This document shows, piece by piece, positions 1-8,134 of a stretch of 64,000 nt of DNA; the stretch's first letter is position 1, and each line of letters begins with the position of its first letter. The notes below the pieces were generated by a model that saw nothing but the letters and a program-made list of their open reading frames with translations, searched no databases and was not told the origin of the DNA. Position numbers and translations under genes: made by a program. The stretch is from Candidatus Nanoarchaeia archaeon (GTDB lineage: Archaea > Nanobdellota > Nanobdellia > Woesearchaeales > GW2011-AR9), in NCBI GenBank assembly GCA_035289845.1, contig DATDWB010000027.1, positions 621-64,620 on the forward strand, given 5' to 3'.

Positions 1-1
1 A

Positions 2-649
2 TTTTCCTTTCTAACCGGAGCAGCCACATCTTCCACCACCGGAGTAACCAACTTAACCATAACTTCCCAGACTTCGATCACTAACCAAGTGAACTCCATT
101 GAATTTGGAAGCGGGTACGTCAATGCCAGTTGTACTGCTTGCGCGATGGATAGCAATGGAGTGCATAACCAGACCGCAAATTGTTGTATCAGTTTCTATA
201 ATGTCATCCAGGGATTTTTATTAGAAAATACTGGAAACATCAATATCTCAGTTAATTACACCTGCCTAGGAAATTGTTCTCCTAGAGAATTGCTGGGAGG
301 AACTAATCCAACCTTTCAAATTAAAGCCACCAGTAATTTTGTAGCCAACCAAAGCCGTGAATTTAGCGCGGCCGATACGGCCGCCTCCTGTATGGCTTAT
401 AGTGGAGCGGTACTAGGAGGATGGAATATTACCAATGCCACGGTAGTCAATAATCCCGAAGCTAATTATACTACCGTAATAAGAACCGGAATGTGGCTCT
501 GCGGCAATTTAACCCATTTTCCGTTAGATTTTAAAAACTCCCAAGACGCGGGAGTTATAGACATAAACCTGAGCATACCGGAAGATGCACCAGCCGGATA
601 TGGTGTTACTAATGTTACCTTTATATTTTGGGCTACTTCAGCCGGATAA
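2..649 (+). CDS. 5'-truncated secreted/surface protein fragment, Ser/Thr-rich with many N-x-S/T sequons
   Basis: Frame 2 is open from nt 2 with no stop, so the ORF runs off the window start. Many NxS/T sequons (NASC, NQTA, NISV, NYTC, NITN, NATV, NYTT, NLTH, NVTF) typical of archaeal surface glycoproteins. First of a co-oriented surface-protein cluster. Confidence 0.4.
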   Translation, partial: FSFLTGAATSSTTGVTNLTITSQTSITNQVNSIEFGSGYVNASCTACAMDSNGVHNQTANCCISFYNVIQGFLLENTGNINISVNYTCLGNCSPRELLGGTNPTFQIKATSNFVANQSREFSAADTAASCMAYSGAVLGGWNITNATVVNNPEANYTTVIRTGMWLCGNLTHFPLDFKNSQDAGVIDINLSIPEDAPAGYGVTNVTFIFWATSAG

Positions 650-679
650 GAAACAGATAGCTTAAAATAGATTTATAAT

Positions 680-1825
680 ATGCTTATTATTATGAAATAT
701 AAGGTCTTGTTGCTGCTATTTTTACTGATTTTAATCTTTCCAAAATTATCTTCCGCCCTAAGTGTGAGCGGAAATCTGTTAAGCCCAATTATTTATGAAC
801 CAAGAAAAGTTATCACTAACCATTATACAATTGGCGATACCTACCGGAAAGTTACTGCGACAGTAGGAGGAGACTTGGTGGAGTACATAAAAATTAGTGA
901 AATAATAAACAATGAATTTGACCTGTCTATATCTTTCCCAGATAAGTATATTAGCCCCAAATCCTATTATTTTTCTTTGGTAGTCAGCGAAGAATTAGAT
1001 TCATCTAAGGGAGGATTTAGTTCAACCACCGGAGTTAATAAGATAGTCCTAGTGGAAGTTTATTCTTTAGAAAAGGATATTTTAGCCCACTTAAGCGCCA
1101 GCAATGCTGATCGAGATAAACAAGTCAATTTAGTGGTAGGAGTAGAAAGCCGTACTTATTCAGACATAGATTCAGTTAGCGCCAGGATAGAAATATTAGA
1201 TGCCGGGGGGAAAAGTTTAGGAAGTGTTTCCGCCCCTAGTAAACCCTTAAAGGCGTTGGATAGTTTAAGTTTAGAAGTCTCCTTCCCTACTTTGGGCCTA
1301 GAACCAGGGGATTATACTGCCGAAGCAACTATTAATTTTGATGGCCAAGAAAGGAAAGTAAGCCAGAATTTTAGAATTGGAAAAATGGATTTATTATTGA
1401 AAGAATATACTCCCGAACTGGAATTAGGGTTTTCTGAATTTAAGGCTGTAGTCACTAATGATTGGAGCAAGCCCTTGGAAGACGTTTATGCCAAATTATT
1501 TATTGAGGGAGAAGAGTTACTGCAGACCCCTTCCCTTAAATCTTTGGCACCGTGGACAGAAGGAGAATTAACTGGCATAGCCAAGATAAATTATTCCTTA
1601 GGCAATCACCCGGGAGTATTAGAGCTGTATTTTGCAGATAAAGTAAAATTTGAACCGATTAACATTAAAATAATTGAAAGAATTTCACCAGAGATTGTGC
1701 CTGAGAAATTGTCTACTCCAGTTATACAATTGGTAATAGTAGCCTTAGCAGCAATGATAGTTACTTTAATCATTGGCTGGTCGATAGTAAGAAAACGATA
1801 TAAAAAAAATGAAACCGAGATTTAA
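680..1825 (+). CDS. surface-anchored protein (N-terminal signal peptide, C-terminal TM anchor plus basic tail)
   Basis: N-terminus 'MKYKVLLLLFLLILIFPKLSSA' is signal-like. C-terminus '...VIQLVIVALAAMIVTLIIGWSIVRKRYKK' is TM plus basic tail. No recognisable enzyme motifs. Confidence 0.5.
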   Translation: MLIIMKYKVLLLLFLLILIFPKLSSALSVSGNLLSPIIYEPRKVITNHYTIGDTYRKVTATVGGDLVEYIKISEIINNEFDLSISFPDKYISPKSYYFSLVVSEELDSSKGGFSSTTGVNKIVLVEVYSLEKDILAHLSASNADRDKQVNLVVGVESRTYSDIDSVSARIEILDAGGKSLGSVSAPSKPLKALDSLSLEVSFPTLGLEPGDYTAEATINFDGQERKVSQNFRIGKMDLLLKEYTPELELGFSEFKAVVTNDWSKPLEDVYAKLFIEGEELLQTPSLKSLAPWTEGELTGIAKINYSLGNHPGVLELYFADKVKFEPINIKIIERISPEIVPEKLSTPVIQLVIVALAAMIVTLIIGWSIVRKRYKKNETEI

Positions 1826-2228
1826 ACAACTGGCAGTTTACTTCTTCCTGATATTAATGGCGGCCATTATTATCTTAACGCTTATTACAAAACCCCGCTG
1901 TTCTAAGGTCGAGGTGTTAGAGTCATCAATCCAGATTGTGTATGGAGAAAAAAAATTTATTGGATTGAATGCTGATACCGATAATCTAAATTTTGGAGTG
2001 AGTTCTCCCGGATCAACCATAAAAAGAGTAGTTAAAATACAGAATTCCCTTGAGTCTAGAGTCTATGTAACTTCTAAAGGCCAATTAACTTCCTGGCTAG
2101 AAGTTAACCCTTACCAATTTGAACTGGAAGCTAATCTCCCCCAGGAGGTGGAATTTATCTTAAATTTACCCGAGAATTCACCCGAAGGCGAATTTGCAGG
2201 CAAGATTTATTTTTGTTTTGAGAGTTAG
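1809..2228 (+). CDS. small secreted/membrane protein, hypothetical
   Basis: Hydrophobic N-terminus 'LAVYFFLILMAAIIILTLITK'. Overlaps the previous gene by 17 nt (operon-like). Confidence 0.4.
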   Translation: MKPRFKQLAVYFFLILMAAIIILTLITKPRCSKVEVLESSIQIVYGEKKFIGLNADTDNLNFGVSSPGSTIKRVVKIQNSLESRVYVTSKGQLTSWLEVNPYQFELEANLPQEVEFILNLPENSPEGEFAGKIYFCFES

Positions 2229-2296
2229 TTTAAATTGAAGCTAGATCGATAAATTATTAGAAACAATTAATAAATAAGGTTATAAAATAACCTCTT

Positions 2297-2770
2297 ATGC
2301 AAAAGATAACCATCCTCAACACTCGAGAAATTAAAAAAATAAGAGAACTGTGCCTAGATTATTTTGGTTATTTCCCGGAGAAAGATTATGCTTATTTAAG
2401 CAACGAGAAAAATAAAATCTTCATAATCAACAAGGAAATTCAAAAAATAGAATTAAGCAAGCTGCGGATTGATAAAATAGGCCTTTACTTTGCCGAACTT
2501 AAGGACACCCAATTCCGCTTGAGCCAGGAAGGAGCCCAACTGTTGGCAATAGAAGCCCACCAGAACGGTCAGAAACTTAAGAACGTAATCGAACTGAATA
2601 AGGAAGAGGTAGAGCAATACTTCCGGGGAAATAATATCCCTAAAGATTTAGGGGAAAATAAGCTTGTTTTACTTAAATATAATCAAGATATCTGGGGTTG
2701 CACCAAGTATAAAGCGGGAATAATTATCAACTTCTTATCCAAAATACACCGGGGAAATGTGATTGCTTAA
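2297..2770 (+). CDS. PUA-domain RNA-binding protein, Nip7-like (tentative)
   Basis: About 157 aa with a C-terminal PUA-like segment ('...LVLLKYNQDIWGCTKYKAGIIINFLSKIHRG'). Size and layout resemble the archaeal Nip7 ribosome-biogenesis factor. Not verified. Confidence 0.35.
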   Translation: MQKITILNTREIKKIRELCLDYFGYFPEKDYAYLSNEKNKIFIINKEIQKIELSKLRIDKIGLYFAELKDTQFRLSQEGAQLLAIEAHQNGQKLKNVIELNKEEVEQYFRGNNIPKDLGENKLVLLKYNQDIWGCTKYKAGIIINFLSKIHRGNVIA

Positions 2771-2885
2771 ATAGCCAGCTAAAATAAGGCCCCGGTAGTG
2801 TTTCTACTTTAAAGTAGCAGTTTAGCGAAAGATTTATAAATAAGCCAAAAGATTATACTGTAAAACTTATTGAAGGTGTAATAAA

Positions 2886-3884
2886 ATGAATTTCAAAGGA
2901 TTAGGAAGTATGTTTTTGGTAGCCCTAGTTTTCCTAGGTTTATTCAGCGAAGTGGCCCAAGCTGCAATAGTAGATGAAGCCTACTTAACTGAGAAATTGG
3001 AAGAACTAGAACTAATTTACAGCGAATCATATGGTAAATATACCCAATTAAATGTGGAAGTTGCAGCTATCATAGCTCAAATTAAAACTGCTGAGGACGC
3101 AGTAGTAGTTCAAAATGAATTGGCTGCTTTGGAAGCTCAATTAAACAGTGCTTTAAGCAACGCTATACATTACCAATCGGGAGCATCTAAACTTGGTTTA
3201 ACCAACTTAGTAGCTGATTATGCCCTGCTAATTGGAAGAATAGAGAATCTTAAAGTAGCAGTAGATGCTACCCAAGCCGATCTACAAGCTTTTGCTGACA
3301 GCCAGGATAATACTGATAACCCTGATGTGGGAGGGGATACCGAAGAATTGACCCCTGAAGAGCAAGAGTATGAACAATTACAGGAAGAGTTTGAAAATCT
3401 AGATGATGATTACCAAAATTACCGGAAAAAATATCGAGATGCGGTTCAAGATAAGGATTCCAGCTACATCAACAAGTATGAAAACAAATTGAAAGATCTA
3501 CAAGATGATCTGGAAGATTTAGCGGATGACGTGGATAACTTAATCGACGATGCTAAAGATGCTGACAACGATGATCTGCAAGATAACTCCGAAGATTTGT
3601 TGGAAGACGTAGAAAACTTACAGGATAAAATTGACAACTTATTGGCAGAAGACGAAGACTCAATCTCTAAAGAAGACAGTTACGTTCCTGCTCCAGTAAA
3701 AAGTCAACCGGCTGAAGATACCACTGTAGTAATTGAACCATTCAAATTTGAGCAATTTCCAGCTAGTCAAGTAACTGCTGGATTAACCTGGTCTGAAATT
3801 AGGCCAATTGCTTGGATTGTAGGTGGAGTTGTTACCTTAGTGGCAATTCTTATCTTCTTGGTAGCTATGCTGCTTAGAAGATAA
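2886..3884 (+). CDS. acidic coiled-coil surface protein with signal peptide and C-terminal TM anchor
   Basis: Signal 'MFLVALVFLGLFSEVAQA'. Long D/E-rich coiled-coil ('DDLEDLADDVDNLIDDAKDADNDDLQDNSEDLLEDVENLQDKIDNLLAEDED'). C-terminal TM 'IAWIVGGVVTLVAILIFLVAMLLRR'. Confidence 0.5.
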   Translation: MNFKGLGSMFLVALVFLGLFSEVAQAAIVDEAYLTEKLEELELIYSESYGKYTQLNVEVAAIIAQIKTAEDAVVVQNELAALEAQLNSALSNAIHYQSGASKLGLTNLVADYALLIGRIENLKVAVDATQADLQAFADSQDNTDNPDVGGDTEELTPEEQEYEQLQEEFENLDDDYQNYRKKYRDAVQDKDSSYINKYENKLKDLQDDLEDLADDVDNLIDDAKDADNDDLQDNSEDLLEDVENLQDKIDNLLAEDEDSISKEDSYVPAPVKSQPAEDTTVVIEPFKFEQFPASQVTAGLTWSEIRPIAWIVGGVVTLVAILIFLVAMLLRR

Positions 3885-4017
3885 TTTTTTTATCTTTTTT
3901 TAATTTTCATTTTTGAAAAATAATTTATTTTTAGGGATTCTAAGGGTATGGAATTTTGAATATTATATTTAGAAATCATAAAAATAAACAAAAATTAACT
4001 TAAAAAACAATAACAAA

Positions 4018-4254
4018 TCATTTCAACACGTCTTCTATCGGTTTGCTTCCTTTAAACTTCTTGGCTACCTGCTTAGCTTCGGCTACCAAATCTACTCCCA
4101 AATCTTTAAGTTCTTTGATATGCATTTGCATCAATTGTTCTACTATCTGAAGTATCCGCATTAATTCTTCCCGTTCTTTGGTTAGAGTGGCTAAAGAACC
4201 TTTGTGAAAGCCAATTTTTTCCTTACTATCTTCGTTTTTGTTCATAGTAAGCAC
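4018..4254 (-). CDS. small hypothetical protein (78 aa)
   Basis: Isolated ORF with charged, helical composition. No motif recognised. Confidence 0.3.
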   Translation of the reverse strand: MLTMNKNEDSKEKIGFHKGSLATLTKEREELMRILQIVEQLMQMHIKELKDLGVDLVAEAKQVAKKFKGSKPIEDVLK

Positions 4255-4439
4255 TAATTGGGTCTAATTTTATTAAGTTTTTGGTTAAATTAAGGTAATT
4301 GGGTTAAAAATACCCTTAAACATGCGGTTAAGGCTTGGGCCTAGTTATTAAAATAATACTTGTTGTGCCACCAAGCTGCTAGATGTAGACCGCAGCAATA
4401 AATAATAAAATTTAAAATCAACCTTATTATACCAAGGCT

Positions 4440-4790
4440 ATGGGTGTATTTGATAAACTGGCTTTTTGGAAAAAAAAGGATGAACTTGATTTTGATGAAC
4501 TGGCACGGAAAGAATATTCCCTGGATAGCACCCGAGGAAAAATACCTACTGATGATTTAGGATTAAATGAAAAATCCCTGTTTGAAACCGAATACCCAAC
4601 TTCCTCTCCCTCGCCTTTTTCTGCTACCCCGCCATCTTTTCCTTCATTCCGGGAAAGCAGCAGTTCCAAGGATCTAGACTTAATCAACAGCAAATTGGAT
4701 ACCATTAAAGCCCTTCTGTCCTCTTTAGATCAACGGTTAAACAATTTAGAGAAACAATCTAAAACTGAACAAAAACCCCGGTTATGGTAA
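4440..4790 (+). CDS. hypothetical protein (116 aa), directly upstream of lspA
   Basis: Ends 1 nt before the LspA start. Ser/Pro-rich middle and coiled-coil C-terminus. Preferred over the low-complexity antisense ORF 4427..4705. Confidence 0.35.
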   Translation: MGVFDKLAFWKKKDELDFDELARKEYSLDSTRGKIPTDDLGLNEKSLFETEYPTSSPSPFSATPPSFPSFRESSSSKDLDLINSKLDTIKALLSSLDQRLNNLEKQSKTEQKPRLW

Positions 4791-4791
4791 C

Positions 4792-5226
4792 ATGTCATCC
4801 TTAAGCCGGCCGGTAAAATTTTTTACTCTGATAACAATATCAATTGTATTGTTAGACCAATTGACCAAATACTTAGTTTTAACTTTAAAACCTAATCTTA
4901 ATCTAGGCCTATTATCTATCCATTATATTACCAATACTGGAGCCGGGTTTGGAATATTGAAAGGCCAGACTTTGCTCTTAGCCTTAATTTCCTTAATTGC
5001 AGCCTTAACCCTGATTATAGGTTATAAGAAGATTGATACCCAAAAAATTCCCCAAATTTTATTTGCCCTATTCCTAGGCGGAGTAATCGGAAATATGATC
5101 GACCGAGTTTTCCGCCACCAAGTTATAGACTATTTGGATTTTCATTTTTGGCCGGCGTTTAACTTAGCTGATTCGGCTATAACTGCGGCAGTAGCAGGGT
5201 TGATTATTTATTATTGGAAGAAGTAG
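4792..5226 (+). CDS. lspA: lipoprotein signal peptidase (signal peptidase II)
   Basis: Conserved LspA blocks 'DQLTKYLV', 'NTGAGFG', 'GGVIGNMIDRVF...VIDYLDF' and 'FNLADSAITAAVAGLII' (the GNxxDR and FNxAD catalytic Asp motifs). Four TM segments, 144 aa. Confidence 0.7.
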   Translation: MSSLSRPVKFFTLITISIVLLDQLTKYLVLTLKPNLNLGLLSIHYITNTGAGFGILKGQTLLLALISLIAALTLIIGYKKIDTQKIPQILFALFLGGVIGNMIDRVFRHQVIDYLDFHFWPAFNLADSAITAAVAGLIIYYWKK

Positions 5227-5232
5227 AAAAAA

Positions 5233-5550
5233 TTAAGTTAAAGATAATAAACCGGATCCAACTCGAGGTTCATTATCTTCCACTACCCTTAACCCGCCTT
5301 TCTCTGGAACAGAAAAACCAATCGATTGGGCTTTGCTTAATAAATATTCTTTTACCGTACCTGAATTTATTCGGGCAGAATGGTAAGCCTCACCATAATT
5401 ATTTACCTTAACCAATCGTTTTTCGATAGAATTTATCCCTATACTACCAATCAATCGGCATTCCTTTAAATCATAGGCTATCGACTGGACGGTTAATGGA
5501 ACATTTTCCAGATAATCATCAATTGATTTGCCGAAAGGGGATAATTTCAT
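5233..5550 (-). CDS. C-terminal continuation or partner of the upstream nucleotidyltransferase ORF
   Basis: Starts at the TAATG junction with ORF 5550..5870. Could be a frameshifted second half of one gene or a translationally coupled partner. Confidence 0.3.
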   Translation of the reverse strand: MKLSPFGKSIDDYLENVPLTVQSIAYDLKECRLIGSIGINSIEKRLVKVNNYGEAYHSARINSGTVKEYLLSKAQSIGFSVPEKGGLRVVEDNEPRVGSGLLSLT

Positions 5551-5870
5551 TAAGTCAAATTATAATTCTTTCCGCCTAAGGATAGTACTTTTACTGAATT
5601 ACAACTACCAACCAGAAATACCCCCATTCGCTTTTCTAATAATGGCAGATTGATTCCTTCAACTATAAAATCTAGATCTATTCCCTCTTTAATTGGTATA
5701 CCATATAGTTCTTGGATTATTGACCTATATAAGTAACCACCCACCAACCAAATATTGCCCGAGGCATATTTTCGAACAAAACTTAGCCTATCCAGAAATG
5801 CCTTACTGGCTGAAAATTTCAATTCAGAAGGTAATACTGCTTGCAGTGATTCGAAAGTATCTGGAAACAT
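5550..5870 (-). CDS. nucleotidyltransferase-fold protein, N-terminal part (possible split gene)
   Basis: Pol-beta-like NTase signature '...WLVGGYLYRS...GIDLDFIVEG' (G[GS]...DxD). Its stop overlaps the start of the next ORF by 1 nt (TAATG). Confidence 0.4.
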   Translation of the reverse strand: MFPDTFESLQAVLPSELKFSASKAFLDRLSFVRKYASGNIWLVGGYLYRSIIQELYGIPIKEGIDLDFIVEGINLPLLEKRMGVFLVGSCNSVKVLSLGGKNYNLT

Positions 5871-5946
5871 CCTAATATTTAGTTGAAAAAAGAATATTTA
5901 AATTATATCAAACTAAAATCAAACTAAGGATCTAAGTGCTAAAAAC

Positions 5947-6672
5947 CTACTGCACACAACTATGAGCTTTGAAACTTTTATCCCAAGCTTCTTTCTTGGT
6001 CTTGAACCAAACTCGGCGTTCCTTAGCAATTTTCTTAGCCCAATCACACTTTGGTTCGTGAAAGATATTACTTCGGGCGCTAGCTACATATTTTCCGGGA
6101 GAATGTTTACCCACAGAAGCGGAAGATTTAGTGTCAGATGATCTAGCTTCTTTGAAACTTTCCTTAGATTCAACAATCTCAACTTTAGGAACAATTTCTT
6201 CGGAATCTTCCATTTCTAATTCATCATCAACCTCATCTTCGTCGTCATCAATAATCTCAACCTTAGGTTCTTCATAATCACCAGAATTTTTGGAGTTTAA
6301 ACCTGATTTGTCCTGAGGTGATTTTGAATCGTGATGGGAATCATCACAGCATCGCCTAGATTTACGGGGGAAACTAAAAATCCAACCCAATACCGCTAAG
6401 GCTACTAATACTGCATATAATTCCCCTTTCCAATGCCATAAAATTACCAAATTGATTAAGTATAGGGTAAACACCAAGAAAAAAAATACTGCTCCCCAGC
6501 GTCGATTGTAACCTACAAAACCAATCAGGGATAATAATAACAGTCCCAAAAAACCAGCTAATTCCAAACGGAAAAAGTTGCCGGAAGCATGAACAAATAT
6601 TTTAGCCAAAGCAAATAATAATACTGCTAAAATAACAGTAATAATTAATAATTTACCTTTGCCTGGAGTCAT
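5947..6672 (-). CDS. membrane protein with acidic linker and C-terminal Ada-like zinc-binding domain
   Basis: N-terminal TM helices, then a D/E-rich stretch. C-terminus 'YVASARSNIFHEPKCDWAKKIAKERRVWFKTKKEAWDKSFKAHSC' aligns with the Ada N-terminal metal-binding domain pattern (F.YAVRTTGIFCRPSC...NV.F...EA...GFRPC), with His replacing two Cys. Confidence 0.5.
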   Translation of the reverse strand: MTPGKGKLLIITVILAVLLFALAKIFVHASGNFFRLELAGFLGLLLLSLIGFVGYNRRWGAVFFFLVFTLYLINLVILWHWKGELYAVLVALAVLGWIFSFPRKSRRCCDDSHHDSKSPQDKSGLNSKNSGDYEEPKVEIIDDDEDEVDDELEMEDSEEIVPKVEIVESKESFKEARSSDTKSSASVGKHSPGKYVASARSNIFHEPKCDWAKKIAKERRVWFKTKKEAWDKSFKAHSCVQ

Positions 6673-6803
6673 AATCTCTCGAGATGGTAATTGCTTTTAA
6701 GTATTTCTAGAGTTAAACGTTTATTATATAAAATAATTATTGGATGTTAAAAACACTTTATAATTAATAGTTAATAAACTAATAATAAATAGATTGAAAT
6801 AAG

Positions 6804-7121
6804 TTAAAATTCTTCGTCTATGCTTTTCAACAGGCCTTTTTTCTTTAAGAAATCTACTTCGGCCTTGCTGCGATATTTGTAAACTACATCCCCCTTATTG
6901 TCCCCGCCCAATTCCCAAGGTTCAATAATTACCACATCTTTTTCCCTAACCCACAAGGCTCTTCTTAATCTTCCGGGAATTCTACAGATACGTTCCTTTC
7001 CATCCAGGCAGAGAACTTTCATTCGGCTTCCGCCTAATCTAGTCTGTACTAAGCCGAGAACCTCTTTACCTTGAGGTATTCTTACTCTTATTACTGGGGT
7101 TTCTTCTTCTGGTTTACTCAT
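6804..7121 (-). CDS. eif1a: translation initiation factor aIF-1A (eIF1A homologue, S1-like OB fold)
   Basis: About 105 aa. 'RVRIPQGKEVLGLVQTRLGGSRMKVLCLDGKERICRIPGRLRRALWVREKDVVIIEPW' matches the eIF-1A family pattern. Confidence 0.85.
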   Translation of the reverse strand: MSKPEEETPVIRVRIPQGKEVLGLVQTRLGGSRMKVLCLDGKERICRIPGRLRRALWVREKDVVIIEPWELGGDNKGDVVYKYRSKAEVDFLKKKGLLKSIDEEF

Positions 7122-7252
7122 TCAGAGCTTAAGAATGGGCCTGTTTATAAACGTTTGTGGGAATAGGGAATTTCTAGAAAATTATACTATTCAGAAAAAC
7201 ATATAAACACTCTATCTAACCAAAATTGATCTAAACAAAAAAAAGGGATAAT

Positions 7253-8074
7253 GTGGCTAAAAGACTGGAATCTCCATCCTCCATTAATACTTTCAAGCAG
7301 TGTAGACGTAAGTATTATTATCAATACATTGAGAAACTGCCTACCGTCCCCAACGTCCACCAAGTAAGAGGGAATATTACTCATTCAGTATTGGAATTTT
7401 TTTTTGACATTGATATTTCTGAATTCAGTTTGGAAAATTATGCCTTGAAGTGCCGGGAAATCATTCAAAAATTATTCCTAAGCACTTGGAAAAATTATCA
7501 ATCTAAATTAAACGAACTTAATTTAAACCAAGATATCAAACAATTTTATTTTGAAGAGACCATGCTGATGCTGATGAATTGGGTAAACCATTTTATTAAC
7601 GATCTGAAAGATATTGCGGCCAAGAAAGGAATCTCGGTTCAAGAAGCGTTTAAGGAACTTACCCCCATTCGAGAACAAGAAATAAATTCTAAAGAGCATT
7701 ACGTGCGGGGGTTCATTGATGCCATAAAACAGGTCAATGAAGAAATCCACATTATTGATTATAAAACTAATTCAACTTTCGAGTTCAAAGAAAGTTTCAA
7801 ATTGCAGCTAGCTATTTATTCGCTGCTGTATTTAGAACTGCATGGACGCAAACCGGATAAGGTTGGAATTTTTTTCCTAAGGAGTAAATTAAAAATGATG
7901 AATGTGGATGAGGACTTATTGGAATTAGCCCGTAAGGAAATAGCTTTTATCCATGGACATACCCAAGAAAAGGAACAAATGGAGCATTACCCTAAAACTG
8001 TATCTGGGTTATGCAAATGGAAAAGTGGACAGTGTGATTTTTATGGAGTATGCAAACCACATGAAGCGCGCTGA
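7253..8074 (+). CDS. Cas4-like / RecB-family PD-(D/E)xK nuclease with Fe-S cysteine cluster (stand-alone)
   Basis: N-terminal 'SPSSINTFKQCRRKYYYQYI' with Cys. Nuclease core 'GFIDAI...IIDYKT' and 'QLAIYSLL' (D..EVK/QxxxY). C-terminal CxxxxxC..C ('CKWKSGQCDFYGVC'), giving the four-Cys arrangement of Cas4/AddB-type nucleases. Confidence 0.7.
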   Translation: MAKRLESPSSINTFKQCRRKYYYQYIEKLPTVPNVHQVRGNITHSVLEFFFDIDISEFSLENYALKCREIIQKLFLSTWKNYQSKLNELNLNQDIKQFYFEETMLMLMNWVNHFINDLKDIAAKKGISVQEAFKELTPIREQEINSKEHYVRGFIDAIKQVNEEIHIIDYKTNSTFEFKESFKLQLAIYSLLYLELHGRKPDKVGIFFLRSKLKMMNVDEDLLELARKEIAFIHGHTQEKEQMEHYPKTVSGLCKWKSGQCDFYGVCKPHEAR

Positions 8075-8134
8075 AAAAAATAATGAATTAAGGTCAAGAG
8101 ATTTAAGAGTTGAATAAATTGATCTTATCCGGCC

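Noticed and set aside
4427-4705. Minus-strand 92-aa ORF overlapping 4440..4790.
   Set aside because: Low-complexity Ser/Glu/Gly-rich translation. The plus-strand ORF is in an operon-like position 1 nt upstream of lspA, so that one was kept.
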